The translations under genes and the position numbers were made by a program. This document shows, in pieces, positions 1-7,312 of a stretch of DNA of 20,333 nucleotides. The stretch is from a virus (taxonomy: Duplodnaviria; Heunggongvirae; Uroviricota; Caudoviricetes): positions 1 through 20,333 of IMG/VR virus record IMGVR_UViG_2778261452_000004. One strand, given 5' to 3'. The notes beneath the pieces were generated by a model, which saw only the letters and a program-made list of their open reading frames with translations, had not been told where the DNA came from and did no database searches. Within the stretch, counting starts at the first letter, position 1. Each line of letters opens with the position of its first letter.

Positions 1-411
1 ATGGCTCAGGTTGCCCTTTTTAAAGAAATATTTGATCAAGTGCGGAAAGATTTAAACTGTGACCGATTTTACTCTGAACTAAAACGTCACAATGTCTCAC
101 ATTACATTTACTATTTAGCCACAGGTAATATTCACGTTGTATTGAAAAATGATAACGCAGTGTTAATAAAAGGACTTGAGGAGGTTGTGAATGTTAAATT
201 TCGCAGAGACACGCGACTTATAGAAACTTACTCTCATAAGTTGAAATCAAGAGAAATCACATTTCATGAATACAGGGAAAATCTGGCTAAGGCTGGAGTT
301 TTCCGATGGGTTACAAATGTCCATGAACACAAAAGGTATTACTATACCTTTGACAACTCATTATTGTTTACCGAAAGCATTCAGAACACGACACAATTTT
401 TTCCACGCTAA
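1..411 (+). CDS. DUF1398-family prophage protein (YdfO/YbcV-like), 136 aa
   Basis: Complete ORF in the supplied track (ATG at 1, stop at 409-411). Protein recognised from memory as the DUF1398 family that sits beside bor in DLP12/Qin-type prophages; no search run. Confidence 0.7.
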   Translation: MAQVALFKEIFDQVRKDLNCDRFYSELKRHNVSHYIYYLATGNIHVVLKNDNAVLIKGLEEVVNVKFRRDTRLIETYSHKLKSREITFHEYRENLAKAGVFRWVTNVHEHKRYYYTFDNSLLFTESIQNTTQFFPR

Positions 412-635
412 ACCATATCGCCCGGTTTAATCCCCCTCACTATCCGGCACTCCCACACAGGAGTTACCAGTCGGTACTGAGGACATAGTTAATCCGGGAA
501 TACAATGAAAATACAGCACATCTGGCATACTTTAATAAACATTAAAAATATGAGATTTCAACTCATTGTTTAGGTTTTGTTTAAATTTCTACAAATACGA
601 TTCAACAACCTTAAAAACACAACGGGAATAACACT

Positions 636-929
636 ATGAAAAAAACGCTACTCACTTTCACGCTGGCCCTGCTTATCTCTGGATGTGCTCAACAGACGTT
701 TACTGTTGAAAACCAACCGACAACAGTAACACCGAAGGAAACCATCACTCATCATTTCTTCGTTTCTGGAATTGGTCAGAAGAAAACTGTCGATGCAGCC
801 AAAATTTGTGGTGGCGCAGAAAAAGTTGTTAAGACTGAAACCCAGCAAACATTCGTAAATGGATTGCTCGGTTTTATCACTTTCGGCATTTATACTCCGC
901 TGGAAGCTCGGGTATATTGCTCACAATAA
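636..929 (+). CDS. bor: Bor lipoprotein (lambda Bor / Iss serum-resistance family), 97 aa
   Basis: 97-aa ORF with signal peptide and lipobox LISGC; sequence and length match lambda Bor as recalled. Opposite orientation to the adjacent lysis genes, as in lambda. Confidence 0.9.
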   Translation: MKKTLLTFTLALLISGCAQQTFTVENQPTTVTPKETITHHFFVSGIGQKKTVDAAKICGGAEKVVKTETQQTFVNGLLGFITFGIYTPLEARVYCSQ

Positions 930-937
930 TATCATAA

Positions 938-959
938 GTTGCCCATCTCGATGGGCAAC
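938..959. terminator. Hairpin between convergent bor and lysis operon; candidate bidirectional terminator
   Basis: Seen directly: gttgcccatc-tc-gatgggcaac, two perfectly complementary 10-nt arms, 9 nt after the bor stop; T/A-rich flank on the minus-strand side. Confidence 0.4.
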
Positions 960-1246
960 TCTATCTGCACTTGATGCGCAAATAACAACCTCCAAAAGAA
1001 AAATAGCAAAAGCAGACCGTGTCACATAAAGACGTGCAGTTACTTTCTTTTCTATTCCTTTCATAACGGACGGCTTTAAAAGAAGATTTATACGATCTGC
1101 CGAGGATTTTTCTCTGTACTCACTGATTCATATTCTCCTCTTTGTTTGGTATAAAAACCGAACTCTTTCTCCAGTCGTTTTTCTTGTTCGGTAAGTCTAA
1201 TAACAAGCTAACCGCAGGTTGGATTTACTGGCCTCATTAATGCCAA

Positions 1247-1792
1247 CTACACCACCACGCGCTCTTTCATCCAGCCATACACGAACGATTCATTAGCCTC
1301 ACGTTTTTCTGCCAGTTCAAGGTAGCGATCTCCCTGCGTACAGTTTAGCGCTGTCAGAATCACCAACTCACCATCCCTGCCACGTTTTGACAAATAGGCG
1401 CGTAACGCATTAATGGTACGTGGGCCGATACAACCATCTGCATCAATGTCCGGATACAACTCTCCTTTCTGGTTAAATACATTAAGCCAGCGCTGAAGCA
1501 TTCTGGATGCCACTGACGGCCCCATGTTTACGCCGGTATCACACAATTCAGCAGCGATCTCCGGAGACAGGCTCGCAACCTTGTGAAAACGTGGCCCGTA
1601 CCAGTAGTCCGCTTCAAGAATTTCGAGGGCCTGCCCACGCGTCAGGTCACGAATATCCCCCTGATAACCGTGTGCACGGGCAACTTTTCCAGTAATGCCC
1701 CATTTAGTCGGACCACCTTTATCATCAGGGTGGTTGACGTAGCCGCCCTCTTTGCCAAGAACAGCATCAAAAATTTCATCTTTCGACTTCAT
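1247..1792 (-). CDS. Endolysin, GH108-type lysozyme with C-terminal peptidoglycan-binding domain, 181 aa
   Basis: Track ORF 1247..1840 trimmed to internal ATG at 1792 (MKSKDEIFDAVLGKEGGYVNHPDDKGGPTKWGIT, a typical GH108 N-terminus). Last of three co-directional lysis genes. Confidence 0.8.
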   Translation of the reverse strand: MKSKDEIFDAVLGKEGGYVNHPDDKGGPTKWGITGKVARAHGYQGDIRDLTRGQALEILEADYWYGPRFHKVASLSPEIAAELCDTGVNMGPSVASRMLQRWLNVFNQKGELYPDIDADGCIGPRTINALRAYLSKRGRDGELVILTALNCTQGDRYLELAEKREANESFVYGWMKERVVV

Positions 1793-1793
1793 C

Positions 1794-2072
1794 TCAGCGC
1801 CTTCGTAATACAAAGATTTTTGAAACGTTCCCACGAGCACGAACCACCAGCACGCAGAACAGCAGGTTAAAAAACACTTCCAGCCAGCCCGTTGCTAACG
1901 GGCGACCACACAGATAGCTGAGGGGCGCAAAGGCATACAGCAGCATCAGCAACCAGGCCAGCCATGACATCAGCGGTTTATGTCTGGAATCACGACGACG
2001 ATAAAAAAAGAGCGTCAGCACGATAACCGTGCATAACGCCACATTCAGCAATCCGGGAAGGTTACTTAACAT
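1794..2072 (-). CDS. Small two-TM membrane protein in the lysis cassette (holin/antiholin-like), 92 aa
   Basis: Track ORF 1794..2126 trimmed to ATG at 2072, preceded by GGAGGAGG; two hydrophobic segments; sits between holin and endolysin, overlapping the holin 3' end by 11 nt. Confidence 0.5.
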   Translation of the reverse strand: MLSNLPGLLNVALCTVIVLTLFFYRRRDSRHKPLMSWLAWLLMLLYAFAPLSYLCGRPLATGWLEVFFNLLFCVLVVRARGNVSKIFVLRRR

Positions 2073-2454
2073 TGCCGCCTCCTCCACCCCGCAGGCGGGA
2101 GAACAGGCCGGACACCAGCGATGCAATATCCTGCTGGTGGATGAACGAGAGAATCTTCACCGACACCACCGCCACCAGCACCGCACACAGTGCATCCGCC
2201 GATGTACCGTCATAACCTGTTTTTGATGCAATCCAGGCTGACAGCACATGCGCACCCAGCACGCCAACGATAAACGACACCAGAAAATGCGCTGCCACAC
2301 GCCAGGCAGATAGTGCCTGCGGCATTGTGGCCACAAACAGCGCCCCGGCAAATGCGCCAAACACAATCCCGAAATCCGTTCCGGTAAACAGCCCGAATAC
2401 CGTCGCCCCGCCGAGCGCCGCAGCCGTGCCGGAACCGGATAAGGGTTCAGACAT
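2062..2454 (-). CDS. Putative holin, three predicted TM helices (GTA-type 3TM holin-like), 130 aa
   Basis: Track ORF 2062..2523 trimmed to ATG at 2454 (AGGAG 7 nt upstream). Gly/Ala-rich hydrophobic helices; first gene of the lysis cassette directly after a terminator. Confidence 0.6.
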   Translation of the reverse strand: MSEPLSGSGTAAALGGATVFGLFTGTDFGIVFGAFAGALFVATMPQALSAWRVAAHFLVSFIVGVLGAHVLSAWIASKTGYDGTSADALCAVLVAVVSVKILSFIHQQDIASLVSGLFSRLRGGGGGNVK

Positions 2455-2472
2455 ACTTTTTCTCCTGTAAAT

Positions 2473-2494
2473 AAAAAAGGGCCACTGTCGGCCC
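2473..2494 (-). terminator. Rho-independent terminator-like hairpin just upstream of the holin (late-operon tR'-type barrier)
   Basis: Minus strand reads gggccgacagtggccc followed by tttttt, about 20 nt before the holin start. A second GC hairpin (gcgccggacgtggcgc, 2562-2577) lies further upstream. Confidence 0.4.
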
Positions 2495-2633
2495 GTAAAA
2501 AAACAACACCCCGTCAAAGGCACCCGCAGATACCTTTTGTGTGGTGTTATCTGATGTGATGTGCGCCGGACGTGGCGCGGATATAAAAAAGGCCCGCCGC
2601 AGCGAGCCTGTTTTCAATGAGTGCAAAATTCAA

Positions 2634-3377
2634 TTATTCTTGAGTAACACTTAAACTCATCTCATTGAATGCAGCCATCCTGTAACCTGCCGGTGTAACA
2701 CCAAAATAACTCCTGAATACGCTGATAAAATAAGATGTAAAATTATAGCCACACTGAGCAGCGATTCTGTTGATGGCGCAACGAGATTGATTCAACAGCA
2801 TTGCTGCCATTCTCATTCTCTCTGTAAGCAACAACTCACTGAAACAGGTGCCTTCTTCTTTCAGTCTTTTTTTTAACAAACTTTCACTGATACATAACCG
2901 CGAAGACACATCTCTCAGAGTCCAGTTTGCTGCAATGTCCGTACGAAACAATGCACTAAGCCTGTCACTAATATTGCCAATACACGCGGTCAGAAACGAC
3001 GAAAACATTTTCTCTGATGAGAAAAACGCCAGACACGAAAAGGAAAGCATTTCCGCTAAATTGTCCGTATGAATCTTTTCCTCACAAAGATAATCAATCA
3101 GGATGCCCATCAATTCTGCCTTCGGAAAACTCACGCAAAGATATCGTGGTATTTGCCGGACTAAAACTACATCCTGTTTTTCGTCTCCACACAACAGGTA
3201 ACGGCTAATTGTCGATTCACTGAGACTTATTCGCCGAAAACATTCCGAAAAGGGCAATAACGATCCAGCTCCCCCCCTGACAAGAAGTGCACTACCACTT
3301 TCAAGAGAGAGCTCTTTTCCTTCAAAGAGCACAACAAACGGGGAATGAACAAAAACAACAGAACAGGCTTCATTCAT
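2634..3377 (-). CDS. AraC/XylS-family transcriptional regulator (prophage moron), 247 aa
   Basis: C-terminal AraC-type HTH signature (…RIAAQCGYNFTSYFISVFRSYFGVTPAGYR). Track ORF 2634..3530 trimmed to ATG at 3377, because the upstream in-frame stretch contains a terminator hairpin and an AT-rich promoter-like segment. Confidence 0.8.
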   Translation of the reverse strand: MNEACSVVFVHSPFVVLFEGKELSLESGSALLVRGGAGSLLPFSECFRRISLSESTISRYLLCGDEKQDVVLVRQIPRYLCVSFPKAELMGILIDYLCEEKIHTDNLAEMLSFSCLAFFSSEKMFSSFLTACIGNISDRLSALFRTDIAANWTLRDVSSRLCISESLLKKRLKEEGTCFSELLLTERMRMAAMLLNQSRCAINRIAAQCGYNFTSYFISVFRSYFGVTPAGYRMAAFNEMSLSVTQE

Positions 3378-3499
3378 ATCAATTGCCCTGACATTACTGG
3401 TCACAAGATAAGTATATATCGATTTACAAAAATACAAGCCGAAAGACCAGTATTCGCAACCACCAGCACGTTTTATGTTCTCTGCCGTTTTTCGGACAT

Positions 3500-3521
3500 A
3501 AAAAACCCGCTCAATGGCGGG
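3500..3521 (-). terminator. Rho-independent terminator about 85 nt downstream of the Q-like gene (candidate tR')
   Basis: Minus strand reads cccgccattgagcggg followed by tttttt (plus strand 3501-3521: aaaaa cccgc tcaatg gcggg). Confidence 0.5.
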
Positions 3522-3606
3522 TTGTATCAAAGTTCATGCGCTTGGTTCACCTCGCGATACAGCTTTGCGAAGCTTAGCAAAATTGAAGCGGTTTATGCGT
3601 AAAAAA

Positions 3607-4149
3607 TCAAGCCGTTTTTTGAGCGAATGATTCTCGCATAGGAATGTATAGCGCATACTCAGCAACGGCCAACCAATTAGCAATTCGCTTTTCGCATGTG
3701 CTAAAACACCACTCTGGGTGTGCATCATTTAGCAATTCAGCCATTTTGCGTTTGGTCATCCCCCGCCCCTCATACCGTTGACGAAGGACGCTAATCAATC
3801 CTGGATGCTCTGCCAGCACCTCACTTATGACCCGATCAATACATAACGCCTCTGCATCAGTACAATGCGCCAGCCAGCTCTTTTGCTTACCGTTAATCAT
3901 ATCCCGCAAAAAAGCCTCAAGTTCAGACTTGTTCAGACCTGCTTTTTTCATCCTCCGGAGCGCCTCGTTAATTGCCGTTTTTGTCAGCTTTTTAGAGGCC
4001 AACAACTGGTTGAACATATTCCCCGTCTTACCGCCGCCAATATACGACCAGCGCCCCCACATGCGCAGTTTTCCCTGAATCCAGACACTTTCCAGCGTGG
4101 TGAGACGAAGGTGTTCCCCGCTTTTGCCTGTATTTGTTGGGTAAATCAT
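3607..4149 (-). CDS. Putative late-gene antiterminator Q, 180 aa
   Basis: Track ORF 3607..4269 trimmed to ATG at 4149, which overlaps the upstream stop as ATGA. Call rests mainly on position (last gene before terminator and lysis genes, after YbcO-like gene) plus a weak recollection of Q-like sequence; not verified. Confidence 0.5.
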   Translation of the reverse strand: MIYPTNTGKSGEHLRLTTLESVWIQGKLRMWGRWSYIGGGKTGNMFNQLLASKKLTKTAINEALRRMKKAGLNKSELEAFLRDMINGKQKSWLAHCTDAEALCIDRVISEVLAEHPGLISVLRQRYEGRGMTKRKMAELLNDAHPEWCFSTCEKRIANWLAVAEYALYIPMRESFAQKTA

Positions 4150-4436
4150 AAATAACCTTCCTTTCTCCAGATTTCTTGCGTGCGAAAAACACCTTCTGCA
4201 TGCATCAGGCGTAATTCTTCTTTGGTGTAATCGCTTGTTTTTACCCGCCCGTCGATTAAATCGTGGCACGAGCTACAGGCAATCGCTGCCTGCATATCGT
4301 GTGGCTTTATCGCCGTTCCGCACGTTCCCGCCAGTCGGTAATGCGCCAGCACAGACGTTTCGGGATTGTGATTGCAGTAGCCAGGAATTCTGACCTGGCA
4401 CATCTGGCCCCGCGCCGCTTTACGTAAATCCACCAT
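4146..4436 (-). CDS. YbcO-like DUF1364 protein (putative Zn-binding nuclease of the nin region), 96 aa
   Basis: Sequence (…LRKAARGQMCQVRIPGYCNHNPETSVLAHYRLAG…) matches my recollection of DLP12 YbcO; Cys/His-rich; start overlaps the upstream gene stop (TAATG). Confidence 0.75.
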   Translation of the reverse strand: MVDLRKAARGQMCQVRIPGYCNHNPETSVLAHYRLAGTCGTAIKPHDMQAAIACSSCHDLIDGRVKTSDYTKEELRLMHAEGVFRTQEIWRKEGYL

Positions 4437-5035
4437 TACGCAAACTCCAGTAGCTGCGCGGCCACATTTTCGACCTGTTCCGGAGAGGAAAATTTACGGA
4501 ACAGAATCCAGTTCCACAGCACATTCAGTACAGATTTATAAACCTGCTGAAACTCGGTTTCGTCCATATTCGCAAACGCGATGGATTTCGCCCTGCGCCC
4601 ACGGCTACCGTCCGGATAAATATGCTCGGTGTAAAATCCGGCCTGAATGGTTACCCACTCGCGGAAAGCCTCAAACGACATTAGCAATGCCGTATCACGG
4701 GTTCTGCGTGTCGCAACTGTATTCAGATATTGCTCTGCGGCTTCGCTCAGAGCTGGCGTATGTTCCCGGCCTACTGATTCACACAGGTAATCAACGAAAC
4801 CGGACACCAGTTTTCGTTCGCTAGGCGTGATCGCCCCACCGACCGGAGTCCAGTAATCGAAACCCAGTTGCAGGAGTTTGAAAAAACGCTTGTGGAATGC
4901 GTAGTTACGCACACGCTTAAAGTCTGCGTGTATCCACTCACCTATTTTGATTTGATGCAGAAAATCGCAACTCTCCGGCGTCGCCGGGAGAAGTAAACCA
5001 GAAGAAGTTTGTTTGACCAGTTGTATATGCGCCAT
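4436..5035 (-). CDS. Nin-region phage protein, DUF1367/YbcN-like, 199 aa
   Basis: Complete track ORF directly upstream of and translationally coupled to the YbcO-like gene; family assignment from memory only. Confidence 0.5.
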   Translation of the reverse strand: MAHIQLVKQTSSGLLLPATPESCDFLHQIKIGEWIHADFKRVRNYAFHKRFFKLLQLGFDYWTPVGGAITPSERKLVSGFVDYLCESVGREHTPALSEAAEQYLNTVATRRTRDTALLMSFEAFREWVTIQAGFYTEHIYPDGSRGRRAKSIAFANMDETEFQQVYKSVLNVLWNWILFRKFSSPEQVENVAAQLLEFA

Positions 5036-5308
5036 TTCTCAATCTCTCGATGGCGCAGTGCAGCAGATGCCAGTTGTTCAGGCCGACGTATAAAGTATAA
5101 ATAAACTGATTCCAGTGTAAAGCCCCCACATTGATGGAATAAAAACCAAACAACAGATTGCTGGGATAAAAACAACGCTTATTATTAAAAGCGGTTAAAC
5201 AAATTAAATTTTAATGTTATGCAAATCTACCAGATCACCATAATATCTCATTTGAAAACCACTGAAATAACAACCCTATCAGGATTAATCATATTAAGGT
5301 GAGTAAAT

Positions 5309-5395
5309 ATGGAAAACAACAAATCTGCACATTACGCTCCTTTTTTATCTGTAATACTTTTTGTTTTATGCTGTGCGTGGGCATTATTTTTATAA
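5309..5395 (+). CDS. Candidate small hydrophobic peptide, 28 aa (MENNKSAHYAPFLSVILFVLCCAWALFL)
   Basis: Not in the track (under 60 aa). Found by reading: ATG at 5309 with AAGGTGAG 5 nt upstream, stop TAA at 5393-5395; polar N-terminus then one 17-residue hydrophobic helix; AT-rich region beside hok. Confidence 0.3.
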   Translation: MENNKSAHYAPFLSVILFVLCCAWALFL

Positions 5396-5501
5396 AAATA
5401 TTTACAGATAAAATAAACCCGCCAAAGCTGGTTAAGTGTGGGTGCGTTGAGGATGCATAATACATCAGAGGTGGCGAGGGATTTCTCCCTCGCCCGGTCT
5501 C

Positions 5502-5657
5502 TTACTCCTCAGGTTCGTAAGCTGTGAAGACAGCGACCTCCGTCTGCCCGGTTCGGATTCGTACCTCGCAGAGGTCTTTCCTCGTTACCAGCGCCGTCAC
5601 AATGACGGTTAAACAGATGACGATCAGGGCGATTAACATCGCCTTTTGCTGCTTCAT
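5502..5657 (-). CDS. hok: Hok/Gef-family type I toxin, 51 aa
   Basis: MKQQKAMLIALIVICLTVIVTALVTRKDLCEVRIRTGQTEVAVFTAYEPEE matches HokD/Gef-type toxins as recalled. Track ORF 5502..5714 carries an in-frame 19-codon upstream extension; the canonical Hok start is ATG at 5657. Confidence 0.85.
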   Translation of the reverse strand: MKQQKAMLIALIVICLTVIVTALVTRKDLCEVRIRTGQTEVAVFTAYEPEE

Positions 5658-5830
5658 AGCCTGCTTCTCCTTGCCTTTCGACACGTAAGAGGCTAACCTA
5701 CATGTGCAAAGCATGAAATTGGCCTCAGATTAATGTTAAGCGTCTTGCCGGACGCGTAATGTTAACTGGGGCTTTTCTCTATCTGCCTTTTGGTGTTCAT
5801 GCCTGAGGCAGATAGCCTCAAGCACCCGCA
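5658..5830. promoter_or_regulatory. hok leader region; expected site of promoter, mok start and antisense Sok RNA (plus strand)
   Basis: Inference from the known hok/sok architecture; the region holds several hairpins (gcgtcttgccggacgc at about 5740-5755; atctgcct…aggcagat at about 5782-5816). Sok ends not determined. Confidence 0.3.
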
Positions 5831-6214
5831 GCAATTCTAACTATCCAATAGATCAATGCCAACTTCTTTTCCTGCAACATCTCTCATCATAAGTGACCGA
5901 AATTCATCCAATCAGCACAAAAGAAACATTTAAAGCGTGAATGCTACCGAACGTTCATTTCAATTACATCGTTTTGATTTTTAACAGTTTTCACCTCAAC
6001 AAATCAAATGGCATTAGCATTCATCATGGAAGAAAGACTGATAAAAATGATCATTTTCAATGACTTATGATCACACCGGGTATTGCCAAGTCATTCCTTT
6101 TACGCCAGGATACCCACAAGTGAGTAGTCGAGGAGAATTTGCCAATTTTTGCGAAATAAATTTCAATGTCCGAAGAACCATTAATTGTTAATTGATTCTG
6201 TATAAGGTATTAAC

Positions 6215-7312
6215 ATGACAATTTCATATATTCCTATTCTGAAAGCGAAACGTTCTGAGTTATCAGCTTTATCGCAGCTATCCATTGAAAAGAAATCAAA
6301 AATTTTGCCATTACTCGAAATTGAACCAGTGCCAATTGACCCTGATTCAGGTATTGCCTTAAAGAGTTATAACGAGACTCTTATAGAGTTCGGAAAGAAA
6401 GTCTCAAAATCTTGCTCAGATATGCAAGGTGTTTATATTGATGGATTATTAATTGAAGAGCATTTTATTTCTCCTGAAGATCATTACCCTATAATAAATG
6501 CGGTTAATCAAGTTAGAGATATGGGGATAAGAGTTATTCCTGTCAGTTCACCAACTCGCCCATCTAACTATAAAAGAGCGATTGATGAATTAATGCAGAA
6601 TGAAATATGCTTGAGATTAACCACGTTAGATCTGGTTAACCCACAATTAATAACGCATTACATTAATCATCTGGGAATTCCTTTATCAAATATTGATATA
6701 ATTATTGACTTAAGAGATGAGTTAACCGAGGATAAACTTAATTCCGGCGAACTATATACTTTGGCAATGGGATTGATAAACAATCTGGCGCACCTCAATG
6801 AATACAGAAAAGTGATTCTTTCTGGGGGTTCATTTCCTACAGATCTCAGTGATATTTCTGTTGGTCTATATTCTCAACCTCGAATCGAGTGGATTTTATG
6901 GCAGAGTTTAATGAATAGAAAAGAACTTGCCAGAAATGTGATTTATAGTGATTATGGAGTACAGCACCCCGACTTTAATAGGCTTTCGACGCGATTCCCT
7001 AGCGTATCTGCCAGCGTCAGATACTCTGGAGATAATGACTTTTGGGTATTTCGAGGAAGAGTAGCTAATCGCTTTGGTTATGAACAATATGGTAAACATA
7101 GTGAGGATATTCTTGCTCATCGAGAATATTCAGGGCCTACATTCTGTGCGGGAGATAGAGACATAGAATATTATGCAAACGAGTATCAAGCCTACAAAGC
7201 CAATCCCTCTGGTAACTATAAATTTGGTAGCCCAGAGGTATGGCGTAGGATTGGGCAAAACCATCACATAACTAAGGTTGTTGAGCAACTCGCCACTCTT
7301 TACGGGCTTTAA
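6215..7312 (+). CDS. 'Beta protein'/sce7725-family protein, 365 aa; candidate defence-module component
   Basis: Complete track ORF with AAGG ribosome-binding site; strongly AT-rich, A/T-ending codons unlike the flanking phage genes; N-terminus MTISYIPILKAKRSELSAL resembles the Beta_protein family as recalled (unverified). Confidence 0.8.
   Translation: MTISYIPILKAKRSELSALSQLSIEKKSKILPLLEIEPVPIDPDSGIALKSYNETLIEFGKKVSKSCSDMQGVYIDGLLIEEHFISPEDHYPIINAVNQVRDMGIRVIPVSSPTRPSNYKRAIDELMQNEICLRLTTLDLVNPQLITHYINHLGIPLSNIDIIIDLRDELTEDKLNSGELYTLAMGLINNLAHLNEYRKVILSGGSFPTDLSDISVGLYSQPRIEWILWQSLMNRKELARNVIYSDYGVQHPDFNRLSTRFPSVSASVRYSGDNDFWVFRGRVANRFGYEQYGKHSEDILAHREYSGPTFCAGDRDIEYYANEYQAYKANPSGNYKFGSPEVWRRIGQNHHITKVVEQLATLYGL

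Noticed and set aside
921-1064. 47-aa minus-strand ORF between endolysin and bor, considered as a possible spanin or lysis accessory gene
   Set aside because: No ribosome-binding site, no lipobox, overlaps the bor 3' end and the terminator hairpin; too weak to call.
1507-2366. Plus-strand ORFs within the lysis genes (1507-1695, 1583-1870, 2029-2226) and minus-strand 2157-2366
   Set aside because: Antisense or alternative-frame shadows of the holin/endolysin genes, which have coupled starts and good ribosome-binding sites.
2634-3530. Full 298-aa version of the AraC-like ORF starting at 3530
   Set aside because: The first 51 codons would be translated through a terminator hairpin (3500-3521) and an AT-rich promoter-like region; the AraC domain starts after the internal ATG at 3377, so the shorter gene is preferred.
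3534-4155. ORFs overlapping the Q-like gene and its flank (3345-3602 plus, 3534-3728 minus, 3827-4078 plus, 3865-4155 plus)
   Set aside because: Shadow frames of the Q-like and AraC-like genes, or spanning the intergenic terminator; no start signals; implausible composition.
4938-5175. Minus-strand ORFs 4938-5153 and 4942-5175 upstream of or overlapping the YbcN-like gene start
   Set aside because: Overlap the YbcN-like gene in other frames and run into the AT-rich island boundary; no support.
5502-5714. 70-aa N-terminally extended hok ORF (possible mok-like frame)
   Set aside because: Hok toxins are about 50 aa and begin MKQ…; the in-frame extension lies in the leader. I could not establish a genuine mok frame, so only the canonical hok CDS is reported.
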